Positions 25,172 through 39,628 of a DNA stretch of 64,000 bases are shown here, piece by piece. Source of the DNA: Octopus vulgaris (lineage: Eukaryota); NCBI GenBank assembly GCA_951406725.2, contig OX597818.1:141236001-141300000 (forward strand). The letters run 5' to 3'. The notes under the pieces are model-generated. The model made no database searches. It was given only the letters and a program-made list of their open reading frames with translations, and was not told where the DNA came from. Position numbers and translations under genes: made by a program. Positions within the stretch are counted from its first letter, which is position 1. The number at the start of each line of letters is the position of its first letter.

Positions 25172-25723
25172 TCGGAAAATTTGTGATCAACCCATTCATC
25201 CAATTTGTTAACTTTTCCGATGGCACGCAGGTATCGATGTATGGTTGAATGACCAAATCCAAACATCTCTGCTAGTTCCTCAACAGTTACGATGGGTATT
25301 TGTTCCACGATGCTTTTCTGGACGTCCTCATGGAACTCTACAGATCTTCCAGAACGAGGTTCGTCTTCTAGGCTGTAGTTTCTGGCTCGGAATTACTGGA
25401 ACAATCGTTGACACTGTCTTACGCTTATTGTCCGATTCCCCTTTATTACATTAATATTCCAGGCACTTTCTGTCGCGTTGTTGCCTTTAATGAACTCAGA
25501 AAGCAAAATATGCCGAATGTGCTCCTTTGTAACTTCCATTATAACTTTGAAAAAATAACTGCTAAAATCGAATCGCACTCTTCAAAACTTGCACTAAGAA
25601 TAAGGACAAGGTAAAAGTACTATCTGCTTTTGTAGCAAATTGATGCAGGTAGTTTATCCCGTTCCCCTCCGACTTTTACTTCATGCCATCGAAAAAGACA
25701 GCATTATTTATGGGATGACCCAA
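25172..25723 (-). mobile_element. 5' half of a second mariner (HTH region)
   Basis: Terminus ta-ttgggtcatcccataaataatgc. Peptides MEVTKEHIRHILL.EF.KG..A.E, SLEDEPRSGR and TVEELAEMFGFGHSTIHRYLRAIGKVNKLDEWVDH (WVPH-like). Confidence 0.85.
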
Positions 25724-26949
25724 TATATTGACGGCGCCAAAACTGCAAAACCAAAACATCTCATAGCCACCAGAGATAGTGCACAATATAATAAAAGCTG
25801 AAACCATGTAGAACGATATGAAACCAGGTTCCAACACACACCTTTGTTCATGTAAACTTTACCTGTTACCTGTGATCTTATTAATAAAGAATTGTTGTCA
25901 GCGGGAAAAGATTTATATTTCGTGACCGAACGATGTAAGAATAAATCATTACTTGTTTCACAGTTGCGCTTACTTTTAGTAGGTAAACTGAAATCATGCA
26001 GTTCTCTTTAGCAGGAAATACTGGAAACATTAGATTCCTCTTACTGCACGCATAAACACACACATACACACATACGCACAAACACACACGCACAAACACA
26101 CACACAAGCACGCACTCAAACACAAAAACACGTACACAAATGGGCGCGTGCACATATGCGTATATGCATGTCACTGCGTAGTATTGTCTAGTTCACTCTC
26201 TAGCTGTATCTGAATGTCTGTTTGAATCGTTGTGTGTATGTGTGTGTATGCATATATATATGATTCATAAACATATATGTATAAATAATCTATATACATA
26301 TGCGCATATATACACACACACATGTATATACATATGTGTGTGTCTATACACTTATTTTCGTATAGCGTCACGTTAAATACGTTCGAATGCACTTGGATAT
26401 GAGAAGCCCAACCGCTGCGGCTCTAATCTCGGTCAGAGAGTGTAGAGTCAAAGGGACACTCTTTACTTGTTATTGAGATGTTCCAAATGGTTAATTCTTA
26501 CAGGTATTCAGCTGATGAAAACGTCTCTCTTTTTCTTTCTTGTATAGTGTAACATTTCTATTCCTCAATATAAACACTTCTGGGGCAGTTATAGTCAAGC
26601 GCAATCCATCTGTTGTTGTTTATTTACCATTCAGAAAATTCGGAACACCTACAATTCGCTTGGATTTGGAGTCTATTAAATGAAGTACAATAATGGGTGC
26701 AGTGCTCGTACCAATATGCAACATTGAGTAGTCGTACATGCAGTCGGCCGTTTTTGATTGTACGCACAACCGGATTATAAATCTGTGTTTAGTAAGTACG
26801 TATATATATAATATATATATATATAACACTGACATCTCAATTTAACAGATATATTTACCAAATTACATTAATAAATAAATATATATATGTTTATGGTACT
26901 CCAGCATGGCCACAGCCTTCGGGCTAGAACATTTTAAAGGATTTTAAGG

Positions 26950-26993
<44 letters not shown>

Positions 26994-27045
26994 ACATACG
27001 TACATTCAAACATACATATATATGGTCATACGTACATTTAAACAT

Positions 27046-27798
27046 AATTTATTCAATAAAATCGCCATTGGCCCCCGGATTACTTCGGACTCTCCTGCAA
27101 CTCTTCTGGACAGTTTCCTTGTTTAAGTTGTTGAATGCTGCCATAACCTTTGCCTTCAGTTCGTCTTTGCTATTACAAGGAACTCTCCTGGTCTCTCGCT
27201 CAACTGCGCCTCATATATAATAATAATCAAGGCAGTTGCAGTCTGGGGAGTTAGGTGGTCAGATGTTAGGAGTGATGTGGTGGCAGAAATTGTCTGGCAG
27301 CCATCACTGTGTTCTCCTGTCTGTATGGCAAGGTGCAGAGTCCTGTTGCCACATACAGGGTCTTCCAGCAGCCAAATTCTTGACCCAGGGCAGCACAACC
27401 TCCTCCGGGCACTTGATGTAGGCCTCCGTGTTGAGCGTGTAGGAAGATAAATGGAGGCATTACTTCGCCATCACTAGAGATCACTCCCAACACCGTGTTG
27501 CTGACTCGATCTTTGGTTTTTGTTACTCTCAGTACATGTTTGGGGGACACGGCAGGCCAGAGGTTCTTTTGTGTGTTCACTATCTGTTCGTATTGGAGAT
27601 TCAGGCGCAAATAGCAAGCAGTACAGAATGTTGTTTCCAAAGTTTTGGAGGAGTGAATTCTGTCATGGTGCTGTTTTTCGTCACAAACAGTACCCGTCTG
27701 ACTCTACTATACTGTGTTGTCTACAAAATGATATACAAGTAATGTGCATGTGCGAAATTGAAAATATAAAATTGGAGCAATTTACCAATCGCACCCTG
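27046..27798 (-). mobile_element. maT-type (DD37D) Tc1/mariner relic, internally deleted
   Basis: Terminus ta-cagggtgcgattggtaaa. Peptides VLGVISSDGEVMPPFIF and WQQDSAPCHT...PPNSPDCNCLDYY, with 37 residues counted between the second and third catalytic Asp and TGA stops inside. Confidence 0.85.
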
Positions 27799-27827
27799 TA
27801 TATATATATGTTTGTATTTACGTATGT

Positions 27828-27883
<56 letters not shown>

Positions 27884-27942
27884 GTATGTGTGTGTGTGTG
27901 TATGTATGTATATATACGTGTGTGTATATGTCTTTATATATT

Positions 27943-28302
27943 TTGCCTCCCAACCACATGGTTCCGGGTTCAGTCCCACTGCACGTCATCTCGGCCCGGC
28001 CAAATCCTTGTGAGTGGATTTGGTAAAGAGAAACTGAAAGAAGCCCGTCGAATATGTATATATTTATGTTTATGTGTCTTTCTGTCTGTGTTTGTTCCCC
28101 ATCATCACCACTTGACAACCAGTGGCAGTGTGTTTACGTCCCCGTAACTTAGTGGTTCGGCAAATATGTCCAATAGAATATGTACTAATCGTAGAAAAAA
28201 TAAATCCTGGGGACGATTTGTTCGACTAAGAAAACCCTTCAAGGTAGTAATCCAGCATACCCGGAGTGAAATTTCTGAAACAAACAAAAGAATACAAGAA
28301 TA
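27943..28302 (+). mobile_element. SINE family S1, 5'-truncated and diverged
   Basis: caaccacatggttccgggttcagtccc...gtaacttagtggttcggcaaa..., homologous to 8955-9410. Confidence 0.8.
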
Positions 28303-29756
28303 TATTTATCATTAATGGTGCGAAACTAAGTATTACCAATTAGTTGATAACCGGTGAAGAATTAGGGACCTTTTATGTTTTTCTCCTGTTCGATTGTACA
28401 CTCAGTATACGTAATGTTCTTTGTTTACTTACCATATATTTTTTCATATACATACATTTCTTTCCTGAGCGTCCAATAATACTATATTTGTTCCACGTCC
28501 TCGCGTTGTTGTATTTTTTTGTGCTTTCTTGTTTGGATTAACTATATATATATATATATATATACATATATATGTTTATATTTATATTTATATAGATATA
28601 TGAGTAATCTTAAAGTAGTATTGATACCCGTTGTGTTTCATAACATACTCATAAACAAGCATACAAACTGCACGTATATATCAGCACGTCCACATGTCTA
28701 TATATACATATTTATTTTCTTATATATGTATATTGATAGATAGAGATGGGCAGACAGAGACATAGAAAGATAGAATTAGAGTGCGGGAGAGAGAGGAAAA
28801 CAGAGGGAAAGGGAAAGGCAGAGAGGTAAAAGAAAGTATTGTTCTATTGATTCTTTACTTCAGTTAGTATAGACTGAATAAGAAGTTATGATACACATTA
28901 TTTTACCAAACATTCCACCATCAAAGAAGAGGAATACGATGCTTGTATGTACTGATATGTAATGTAATTGCGTTCATGAGCGCATGTGTGCGTATTTGTG
29001 TATGTGTGCATGCGGTTATGTGTGTGTGAGCATGTTTTATACTGGGTTCATACACATGTGTGCATATTAGAAGCATATTCAAACCTGCGAACAGATAGCT
29101 ACATTCAATCCTTGACAGGTAAATAGAAGCAGACAGAGAAAACTAAAGCCAGCCGTATAAAGGGGGAAATAAAAAGGGAAAGACGGACTAAAATAGGATT
29201 GAAACGCTTATAAAAAAGAAAGGAAGAAAGAAAGAGAGGATAATATAAACATAGAAATATAGAAGTGAAATAAAAGAAAATGGAAGAACCGAAACTAAAA
29301 ACCGTGCAAATAGATATATATGTGTTGCACTTGGTTTACACTGAAACCAGAATGTTCTGTTATAAAGAACGAGAAAATATTAACACCTTCCTGTTGTTTG
29401 GTTCGTGAAAGAAAGTTACTCACGTTTAAACTCTTCTTACCAGTCTTGGAAGTCATTCTTTGATAAACAGCTGGCGGTGCGTATCACACCATCCGATATT
29501 ATTTATTCAGCATGAGGTAATATTATTAGTAAACGTCTTGATTTCCTCTCTTCTTATTTATGTGTTTCTTTTTTGTATTTATAGTTATTTCATTATGCGT
29601 TCTACCCTTGAATGTTGTCTCATGCACCGATTGTAAAGTAACGCAAGACTTACACGTGATTCAATCCAGAAATACACGAATTCACACAGAATTAACGTCA
29701 TATAAACACAAACTGATATACATATACATATATATACAAATACACATAATTATACA

Positions 29757-29933
<177 letters not shown>

Positions 29934-29998
29934 TAGACACTCATACACATGTATATATACATATACAGACAGACAGAAATACAGCTAGCGAGCTAACT

Positions 29999-30183
<185 letters not shown>

Positions 30184-30566
30184 CATGTATAGACAGGAGA
30201 GAGTGGGAGACACACTTAGTAGCACACACGTACATATAATAATATGTGGATCACTTTTTAATTCACGGCAAAATGTAAGACATCACAGTCGTAGTGATAA
30301 TTGTCTTCTTAGATAGGTACTAGTCTCAGAGCTCTAAAGGTTTGTGGTTAGTATTATTGAACTTAGCACTTAGTAAAACCATTATTCGTGTAGTTTGTTG
30401 AGTCTAATTTGTTACAACTTGTATCGAATAAATAAAGCTTGAAATCCGAAAAATATTTTGAATCAAGTTATTACGTTATTGTGGTACGACGAATGTCGCA
30501 GGATAGGGGATATAGAGGTGGTGTTTATTCCATTAGTTTGTAATATGTATATACATATATATATAT

Positions 30567-30620
<54 letters not shown>

Positions 30621-31122
30621 CAAATATCAAAAGCTCTCACACACACTAGAAAAAGAGGTGCTTCCAAAAATGTTAGTAACGTCCTGATAAAATATTTCAT
30701 ATCAATTTTAAAAAGATCCCATATTAATTTTCACAAAGACTTATATATATATATATATATACTATATATATATATACATGCATTCATATTCTTTTTAGGG
30801 TGAGGCGTCTCGAAGCAGATAAAGCTATAGGTAATATCTTGTAGACATTGGCTTAAAAAGCCTTTTGTATATCAAAAGTTGTTAGATGGCCGTGAAACTT
30901 GAACCCACATCTGGTATAAACATGGCAGTCATTCTACCTTGGAGCCAAAGCACTACTTTGCATCTTTTTATAGCGGGAATATGAATTCATGAATATGAAT
31001 TCATGAATTTCTAGGTGATGTTTCTAAATTCTTATATAAAAAAATTATATATATATATATATATATTATATAATTAGGGCTTAGTAAAATAATAATAACT
31101 AATTAATTTTACCCTCAATTGT

Positions 31123-31163
<41 letters not shown>

Positions 31164-31167
<4 letters not shown>

Positions 31168-31369
31168 ATCCAAACATGAAAACACAAAGAGAAAACACAA
31201 CAACGCCAGGAGGCGGAACAAGTATAATATTGTTGGACGCCCAGGAAAGAAGGAAAGAAGGGTTTAACGCTTCGAGCGGAGCTCTTCGTCAGAAAAATAG
31301 AAAAAGCAAAGATCGAAAGAAGGGAAGACGGAGGGGAAAAATCGCCAACTGTACACACGCGGTCACATT

Positions 31370-31374
<5 letters not shown>
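31164..31374 (-). mobile_element. Short (TA)n-flanked non-coding repeat with hammerhead-like motif
   Basis: Reverse complement of 31263-31295: ttt-CTGACGA-agagc-tcc-gctc-GAAG-cg-TT-aaa. 31164-31250 is homologous in opposite orientation to 28460-28542. Confidence 0.65.
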
Positions 31375-31414
<40 letters not shown>

Positions 31415-31415
<1 letters not shown>

Positions 31416-31992
31416 TAGCAGCTAAGCCCGGTTTCACCCGGTCGGTTTGGATGATGTGGCTGTAAAACATGCTCTGTGTAAGCATTCGACATGTTTGGGC
31501 ACGCTTACGTTAAAAAACAAATTTAGAATGACTTTTTTCTGTCAAAACGCTAAAAATAACTGACGAACAAAAATTAAACCAACCAATATTCAATCAAATC
31601 ACAAAATAAACCCAAATACGGAGCGAACAAAAATGAACCATCCCACTTCCATTTTGCGCACACGCGCACACACACATTTACATACCATCCCACTTTTACA
31701 TTTATACACATATATTCCCACGGAGTTTAAATGCTGTTTGATTTATTTTTCAGCGTACATTTTTCATCATCCCACTACCAAGTATGACATCACCCCTTCC
31801 ATTTTCATTCATAATCACAAGAGTATTATTATAGTAGATTATCGCGGTAACCATGGACTCAATGAAAACGTAAAAAGCTCAGCATCACCACCGGATCATT
31901 CTACACATCTATGTAATTTTTCATACAATTCCACCGAGCCGTTTGACCGTGAATCTCAAGACAAGTATCGTCCATGTCGAATTTATATGCGT

Positions 31993-31995
<3 letters not shown>
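31415..31995 (-). mobile_element. Non-autonomous Helitron-like element
   Basis: Minus-strand 3' end ccgggtgaaaccggg hairpin followed by ..gctgCTAG|t, inside (TA)n. The 5' boundary is approximate. Confidence 0.6.
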
Positions 31996-32052
<57 letters not shown>

Positions 32053-32109
32053 ATTTACATATATATATATATACATATACATAAAGATATATATATATGT
32101 ATATATATG

Positions 32110-32160
<51 letters not shown>

Positions 32161-34992
32161 TAAACAACCATTTCAGCTAATATATAGCATATCTTTTCCA
32201 CTTTTACTTCAACATTTCGTTATTGGTTTTTCTTTGTCTTTCTTGTTTTAATTTTGTTTATCTTTACCTTGAGTATAGTTAATTTTCAGGTTTCTACTTC
32301 GTTTCCTAATAGATAGTGTTATGTTTTCTTTTGTTATTTTATTAATATCCCCGAACCAGACTCCGCGTGATCTCGAAGTAATTTGAAAATGTCTAGTCAC
32401 ACAAATAATTGACGCAAATCGGCAACAGACTGAAGTATATAAGGAATGGAATTTGTATTGGCTAAAAGAATCACAATATTTTTGGAAGCTTTGGGTAAAT
32501 AAGTAAGACTATGAACCTAGAAAATGAAGGTTATCCACACAAGAAGTGATAAACCTTCAGAAAAGAACCTGAATAAAAATGTGCTGTGCGAATGTTACAG
32601 GTGCTAGCAGTTTGAAAAATCAAACACCGAACTTTTAGATAATTCTTCCATAACGTAACCACTATGGAATCTCTATGAACGTTTGTTAACAACGCTCACA
32701 CACCTGTTACGATGTAAACAGCTTCACAATCAGTAGACCCATAAACGAAAGTAACATCCCGTTATTCCCAATCAACGTGAGTTCGGTACAAAACTAATAA
32801 ACCCAGGAACATTCATGTTACTGTATTAGCGAAGTAACGCGAAACAGCTCGACACACATTGATGGTTTGTACTAAATAAATGTAACAGTTCAGCGTAGAG
32901 CCTTCAGTAATGTAGATGAATCAGGCTTTCGAGAGGATTTATGACATACAACTTCGGGTTTGCTTAGACGAAATCTTTCCTGTGAGAATATCATTACTGA
33001 ATATGAAGAAATACCAGTCTCCTTGGAGTCATGTGTTTACATATGACATAAACATGATTTAATTCATTTTAGTTATTATCTATGCCACGTATGGATTTTC
33101 TTATATCTTCTGCAAAAATATCTGCCCGACCGTACGGGAGCACAGACTTCAATGACTTTTATTCCATGGATTAATTACTTTCGTTTTATTGTTTTTCGAC
33201 TTTCTATATTTCTTATCAAATGCTTGTATTAATTGTATGTCTTGTAGATACTCCATCACTATCGTTCTGTTTTTGAATTTTATATAACCGTTTCTGTTTA
33301 TTTTAAAGCATGTTTTTATTGGAAATGTTTCATTAGTGTTTATTTATTTATTTATTCATTTTTCCGATCATTTCTTTTCTTCAAGACTGGAGATTCACCT
33401 TTTGAACTCATAATTTTTCATTATTTGCGTTTCTTTTTCCTTAATTTTCAATCTTTTATATAGCATTGAGACTGTTTATATTCTATATCACTTTGTTGTT
33501 ACTTCGGATTTAGTTTATCCTTGTATCTGTTCTTTTATGCTACACCGATTTTGAACGTTTCTAAGCTGCTTGTATTATACGATTTGTTTATTTTATTCTG
33601 AGATATCATGACACAGCAGCAATTACTATCCACAATGGAATTTAATCATTTAATCATTTCACACCCATTATAATTTTATCCGTTATTTGCTGTATAATTA
33701 TTTCTTATGAGCCATTAGCTCCCCTAACCAGAGCTAATATATTGTATCATAACTTACCGATAGCCCATACGCAATTACAATATATGAATTATATATCTAC
33801 AAATTTACACGTGTTATATTTCCATTATCGCACTTTCTAGATGACTGCATTCAAGCGTTTTACGTTTGCACTCATTAATACTTGGCAGTGCTAGGTTTGA
33901 TATTACGTGTCTCATTGTTTCTGTTGCAAAACTTATGTTAATTCTTTTTCGCATGGAATTTATTGCTGTAATCTTCTATTATAATATGGTCAACGCTTTT
34001 GTTGTTCTCTTGCAACGTGGATTATATTATATCTTCATTTTCTTTGAGTATTTTTCTCAAATATTTCACTATGTTGTTAACGTTACTAGTTCGTTATTTA
34101 AAATAACCTGCTTTACTTACCATCATTTTTATACTAAACATTTGTAAACCAATACTTGAATTGTCTTTCCGCCTCATTTAGCAAAATATTTAGCCTTGTC
34201 TTCCGAAGCGTTTAAACTTCTGATAAAGGAGTTGTTCACACAAAATCACTAAATACAGTTCTCTGACTCTTAGCCGTGTAAGAAGTTTGGTCATATTAAG
34301 TTTTAAACTTTATCGTTTTCGTATCAAAGTCGAGAGCTCTAGTTGGTTCTCCATACGCAAAAATGGTTGTGGGATTCCCCTCAAATTACACACTACCGAC
34401 GAAAGAAAGAAAGAGTCAACGAACACATTGGATGACGTAGTCCTAGATACACAGTGTGATAAAAAGACAGGTTAGACACAACCGAAATGATGTTAATTTT
34501 GGTTATGCTTGATCACGAGTGTGAAGGTGACAGAAGTACAATCTCGAAGTTGAGGTACATACATACGTATTTCCCACCAAAATATTACCTAAAATTGGAG
34601 TCGCTCCCACGATTTATTGTCTTTATCGGTATTCTTCTTGTTTCTACTATTGCTGTTGTTGTTGCTATTGTTGTTGCTGGTGGTAATGCCATTGTTGCTT
34701 ATGTTGCTGTTGTTGTTTGCTACGGTTTTTGATGATGATGTGATTGTTGCTGTCACTTTTGTTGTTGTTGCTACTACTACAGCTACTACTAGTGTCGTTG
34801 TTGCTTGTGCTGTTAAAAACGTTGTTGTTACCATTGCTGCTATTGTTTTCTTCTCGTGCAAGTTTGTACCCTCACCTTCTCACACTCTATTTTGACTTTC
34901 GTCTTGACTCTAAAATCTCTTGAGGACGAGGTTCCTCGTTTTTCAGCCCTACGTTTTAATTTCATAGCTAACATCTGATGCTAATAACTATA

Positions 34993-35485
34993 TCTTTATA
35001 TATAAAAGTGAAGTTGTGTGTCTGTCTCCTACGATTTAGATTCCTAACTACTCCCACATTTTGCGGTGCAGTTTAATCAAAACCGGGTATCTTATAGTCG
35101 TGATTCATATCGAGCCCTTCTGGGTATTAGCGCGCGTCTACGATGAGTCTACGATTAAAAAAAAAATTACCATCTTTTTTTCCCTTTTAATGCATTTTTT
35201 CGCTATTATATAAGGGAAGTAACTCTCTAAAAATGTCTACGATGAGTCAACGATTTAAAAAAAAATTACCATCATTTTTTTCCATTTTAATGCATTTTTT
35301 CGCTATCATATAAGGGAAGTAACTCTCTAAAAATGTCTACGATGAGTCAACGATTTTAAAAAATTTATCATAATTTTTTTTCCATTTTTAATGCATTTTT
35401 TGCTATTTTTTGGCTATAACTCTCTAAAAATGCTTATATAGTTATTTCCCTTACAAACCCGAGCAACGCCGGGCGATACTGCTAG
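34993..35485 (+). mobile_element. Non-autonomous Helitron with three ~100-bp internal repeat units
   Basis: a|TC 5' end, subterminal cccgagcaacgccggg hairpin, CTAG|t 3' end. Second copy at 53685-54083. Confidence 0.85.
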
Positions 35486-36812
35486 TCTTTTATATTTAAC
35501 ATTTTTAGTCTTCCTATCAGTATATAGTGACAATGTACAATTAAAAAAGAGCTTCTGCCAATGCTTTTAGTCAAGATAATATGCGCAATTGTTCATCATC
35601 ACGCTGATTCACATCCACCCAACCGAGACTCAAACGTCATTGTGCATGAGTGACAAAACATTAGATATGATAAGCAATTTAAACAATTGATAGTGTTAGC
35701 GGTGTTGGGGATGCTGCTGCTGTTTGTGATGGTCTTGTACGTGTTGGTTGTTAGTGGTGGTAGTGGTGGTGGTGGTGGGTTACGTGATGGAGGCGGCGGT
35801 GGTTGTGGCGACGACGACAATGATAAGAATGAAGAGGAATATGACGTTGATAATTGGAGTGCTGTGATTACATTCACAGCGACGATTGATGATGGACCAT
35901 CAGAGAAAAGAGAATTGTGAAGGCGTTGTTTACAGTGGAAGCAGATGTTCATGACGATGATGCTCATGAACTGTAGGAGGATGAGGGAGCTAAATGTGGA
36001 GTTGATGTATGTGTAGATAGGATTCTATAGCAATCTACATCTCATTATATTTCATACATTAAACAGAACAATGACAGGAATTGTCTTTACACACCTGCGC
36101 CTCAAACGGGGTTTAATCCCTAAAGAGATGCTATAATTGTTTTGTTTGCGTTTTAACCCTCTCAGATTACTCTTTAAGTTTATACCATTATAATCTGTTG
36201 CTGATCAACTATGACTTAGTGGAGATAATCTTTTAGAAATCCGAGGCAGCGATGAGATTTCGATTGCCAGTGTTAGAGATTTACTTTCAAGGATGCACCA
36301 AGCATCTGTAAATGTCATCAATATTGCAAAAATCTCATTCATATTACCCTACATATTTGAAATCAGAATAAAAGACGAATTCAATTAATATTCGTTAACT
36401 GTAAACATGTTCAAGTGTGCATATAAGATTCGGAAGAGTATAATTTGAGATGATCGTGCAGTTATGTCATTGAAAGCTACCAGTTCGATATTCTTGTGTC
36501 CAAATAGAGTACAAGAATTTCATTGAACAATTAGATGGTGTGATTGCTTCCCAATCCCTCAAACTTTACGTCTACTGAAATTCAATTTAACCAGGTTCAG
36601 GCTGTTATCTGAAATATGTTATGCAATGGTTTGTTCCAAGTATATAGCAAATAACAATGAGAAAACAGAACAGGCCCATATTCGTGGATGACTTTTCATA
36701 ATGTAAAACAAAATTGGTAATAATTAACTTTTATGATATATTTTATAATATTTTGTTAATGATACACACAGACACACACATATACACTAATATATATATA
36801 TATTCATATATA

Positions 36813-37050
36813 CAGGGTTGGCCAAAAATCACCTGACAGTAAATCAAAACCATTCAATTCCAAGATTAAAACCCAAAAATTATTTTTATATGAGATTTAT
36901 CTAATAAATAGACAAATGTTTAAAAAAACGGTGATTTTGATTCACAGCATCCAATTATTCAACATTCATGATTGAAATTAATAAATAAAATTGAATATTA
37001 AGTATTTATGGAGTTTTGATTTACTGTCGAGTGATTTTTAACCAACACTG
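36813..37050. mobile_element. Tc1/mariner-type MITE (238 bp)
   Basis: TA-flanked imperfect ~38-bp TIRs cagggttggccaaaaatcacctgacagtaaatcaaaac / gttttgatttactgtcgagtgatttttaaccaacactg. Confidence 0.8.
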
Positions 37051-37087
37051 TATATGTCTATGTATGCATAGATACATATGCTTGTGT

Positions 37088-37141
<54 letters not shown>

Positions 37142-37940
37142 AGCGTGGGGATAGACATCACAAAATTTTACTATCAGAGATGTTCTTTTCCGATATGCTA
37201 AAGATAATTAGTTTAAATGCCAGATAAGTTAAAGTTTAGATTGAGTAAATTTTGATAAGGGAGTGTTATTTAGGATTGAACTTTGCATCAGTCTTATTTA
37301 TTCTTAACAAAGACTAATTCCATCCCGGCCTCTGGTTTCGACAACATTCGATTGCTTTGCTGTATATAAGTTATGATTTCCCAAAATGAATGTCATGCAT
37401 TCAGTATATAACTTTCTTGTAAAATCTTGGAGAAATTTGGTTATTTAAGTCTTTATTGTATTATTACGGCCTATAACTTCCTCCATCCTAATGGCCATGT
37501 CACATTCTAACATTTATAGTAAAATAAACACCAGATTTCACATCATAGCTCAACTCATTTTCTAATGTCTTCACTTAACGAAATCCACGGAGAAATTTTA
37601 TTTAATCAATCATTTTGAAATAATGAATAAAATTGACATTTTCAACTACAAATTTAATTGAGTGGAATCGTAAGTAAATAATCTAATCATAAATTTTGAA
37701 CATCCTTCGAATGAATTGCAAGCAACTTTCTATTTGATCTGTTGCTGTTGAAAGCTTACCCTCATTCCAACTTACTCAGTGAGTTTCTATTTTCATGATG
37801 CTTATCTTCTAACCTGCCATTTTCAGTTGCTGAACACATCATGTATAGTCATCCAGGTATATTTTTTTTCTGTCTTCTACTCTATGTTGAGTGTAGAGAC
37901 TGAAATGTCAAATGCTCTATTCTTCACTAAAATTGAACTT

Positions 37941-38192
37941 TATTTACATTATTTACATTCGACGGATATTTGTCCTCGTCTTGCTTGTTGTTAACACAAC
38001 GTTTCAGCTGATATACTCTCCAGACTTCTTCAGGTGTCTTGGGGAAGTTTCAAACCTGAGTTTTCATTCCTAAGGTCTTTTTCGATGTTATCATTATTAT
38101 TGTTGTTGTTGTTGCTGTTCGTGTTCAGGTCACTGCTTGAAATCAAAAACAAGATGAGGACAAATATCCGTCGAATGTAAATAATGTAAATA
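37941..38192 (-). mobile_element. 252-bp foldback element with 43-bp inverted ends and an internal minimal hammerhead motif
   Basis: 37941-37983 and 38150-38192 match at 42 of 43 positions. Reverse complement of 37994-38037: acac-CTGAAGA-agtctgg-agagtata-tcagct-GAAA-cg-TT-gtgt. Confidence 0.8.
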
Positions 38193-39628
38193 CTGCACAT
38201 ATTTCCTCATCTCTTAAATATAGAACTGTACAATTAAACTTATTCAGCATTTAAGGAGCTCATCTTTTATATTTTAAGTACATTTATTTATTCGACAAAG
38301 GAACTGGTAATATGTCTCAGAAGTCTCAGCTATGTTACAGTTTCAGATACTGTCAGTCACACATAGTAGCTTTCAAGGTACTAAGTCTGTACTTGTGCAG
38401 ATCCGTATTGTTGTTTCTCTTTCTCCACAAAACTCTCCTTGACTCACCTATCATCATATAAGCCTCGAAGTGAGTGACATATCTGAATAAGTTTTCACTG
38501 ATTTCAGACGAATTTACACTGCTGTTTGGTTGAACATATATAATTTTTTTTATTGTTTGCTGTTGTCCAAGTGAGTAGCGGAGTTATGTCTGCCAGAATG
38601 TTAACTCTGTCAGTTTTCTATGGTTTAGGACAGCCTGTAATCAATCGACTGGATGTTGGAAGGGATTGCGTATGCATGTGTTGAGAAACCGAGAGCTAGA
38701 GGAGTTTCAGCAAGGATTACATCCCGACTTGAGTTTGTTAGCCTGTTGACGACATTCTAGTGAGCAATCACTTTCCACTTTGTCTTCTGGATTGTGGTAT
38801 TAAGGTGGGCAGCGGTCAATTGTGATCTAAGAACATTATTTACAATGTCCAGTGGATGTTCCCGATCAAGTTATCGATATTTTGGCTTTGTTACAGAATT
38901 TTTAGAAGAACTCGTAAAGAGATAGCTCACGCCATTATGTTATGTTATCTGATCAAAGAAATTTACCAACCTTTCCCTTAATCTAATGCAATCTGTGTAC
39001 TATGCGACAAAATCAGAACCTTAAATACACAAAGTCCGACCGTATTATCTTATCTGGTTCGTAATTGGTGTAGATGTTCAAAAGCAACGGAATAAACACG
39101 AGGCTTATTGTACATTATTATATGATAACAAACCCAATCGAAACATCATATTCTCCAACATATTTTCAGGAATCCTGTAAGCCTGATGTCTTTTGTAGTC
39201 TTTAGAATATTGTTGAATCTGTACACTGAAGATATGTCAACAAAAACTATATCAGTTAACATTCGTTTTATAAATCTGACCAGCATATGTTACGTGAGAT
39301 TGTATATTCGCTGCTTGATAAAATCCTGCTTGCTGAGAATCGATGCTTTTGCTTACGTTTATAGGTGTTCTATTGAGAATTTGGCACAAAAATTATTTAA
39401 GTGTTCTTGAGACGTATGACCGTCTTCTACCTTTTGTGATCTCATGGATTTTCCCCGTTTCAGCAGTCCTAATGAATAATTCTTCCTGCACAACTGAAGA
39501 TCATATATAGCCAGAAAATGATTATATATCTGTAGGAGATACTTTTTATATCAGACTAAATCCTTAAAATTCTCAGTTGAAATATCATCACAATAATTTA
39601 CAGTTTCCATCTCCTCAATTAGGAAGAA

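Noticed and set aside
26505-26530. CTGATGAAAACGTC
   Set aside because: The core halves overlap with no helix II or stem I.
35136-35430. Regularly spaced ~100-bp repeats considered as a CRISPR-like array
   Set aside because: The whole unit repeats with no unique spacers, it lies inside a Helitron, and the context is eukaryotic.
34589-35967. Thr/Val/Asn-rich and Pro/Gly-rich ORFs
   Set aside because: Degenerate (GTT)n and (GGT)n trinucleotide tracts with no splice or domain support.
32350-39600. Traces of RT-like peptides on the minus strand (LQGD near 33020, SKSIDS near 39345)
   Set aside because: Probably very old LINE debris, but no alignable frame or boundaries can be supported by eye.
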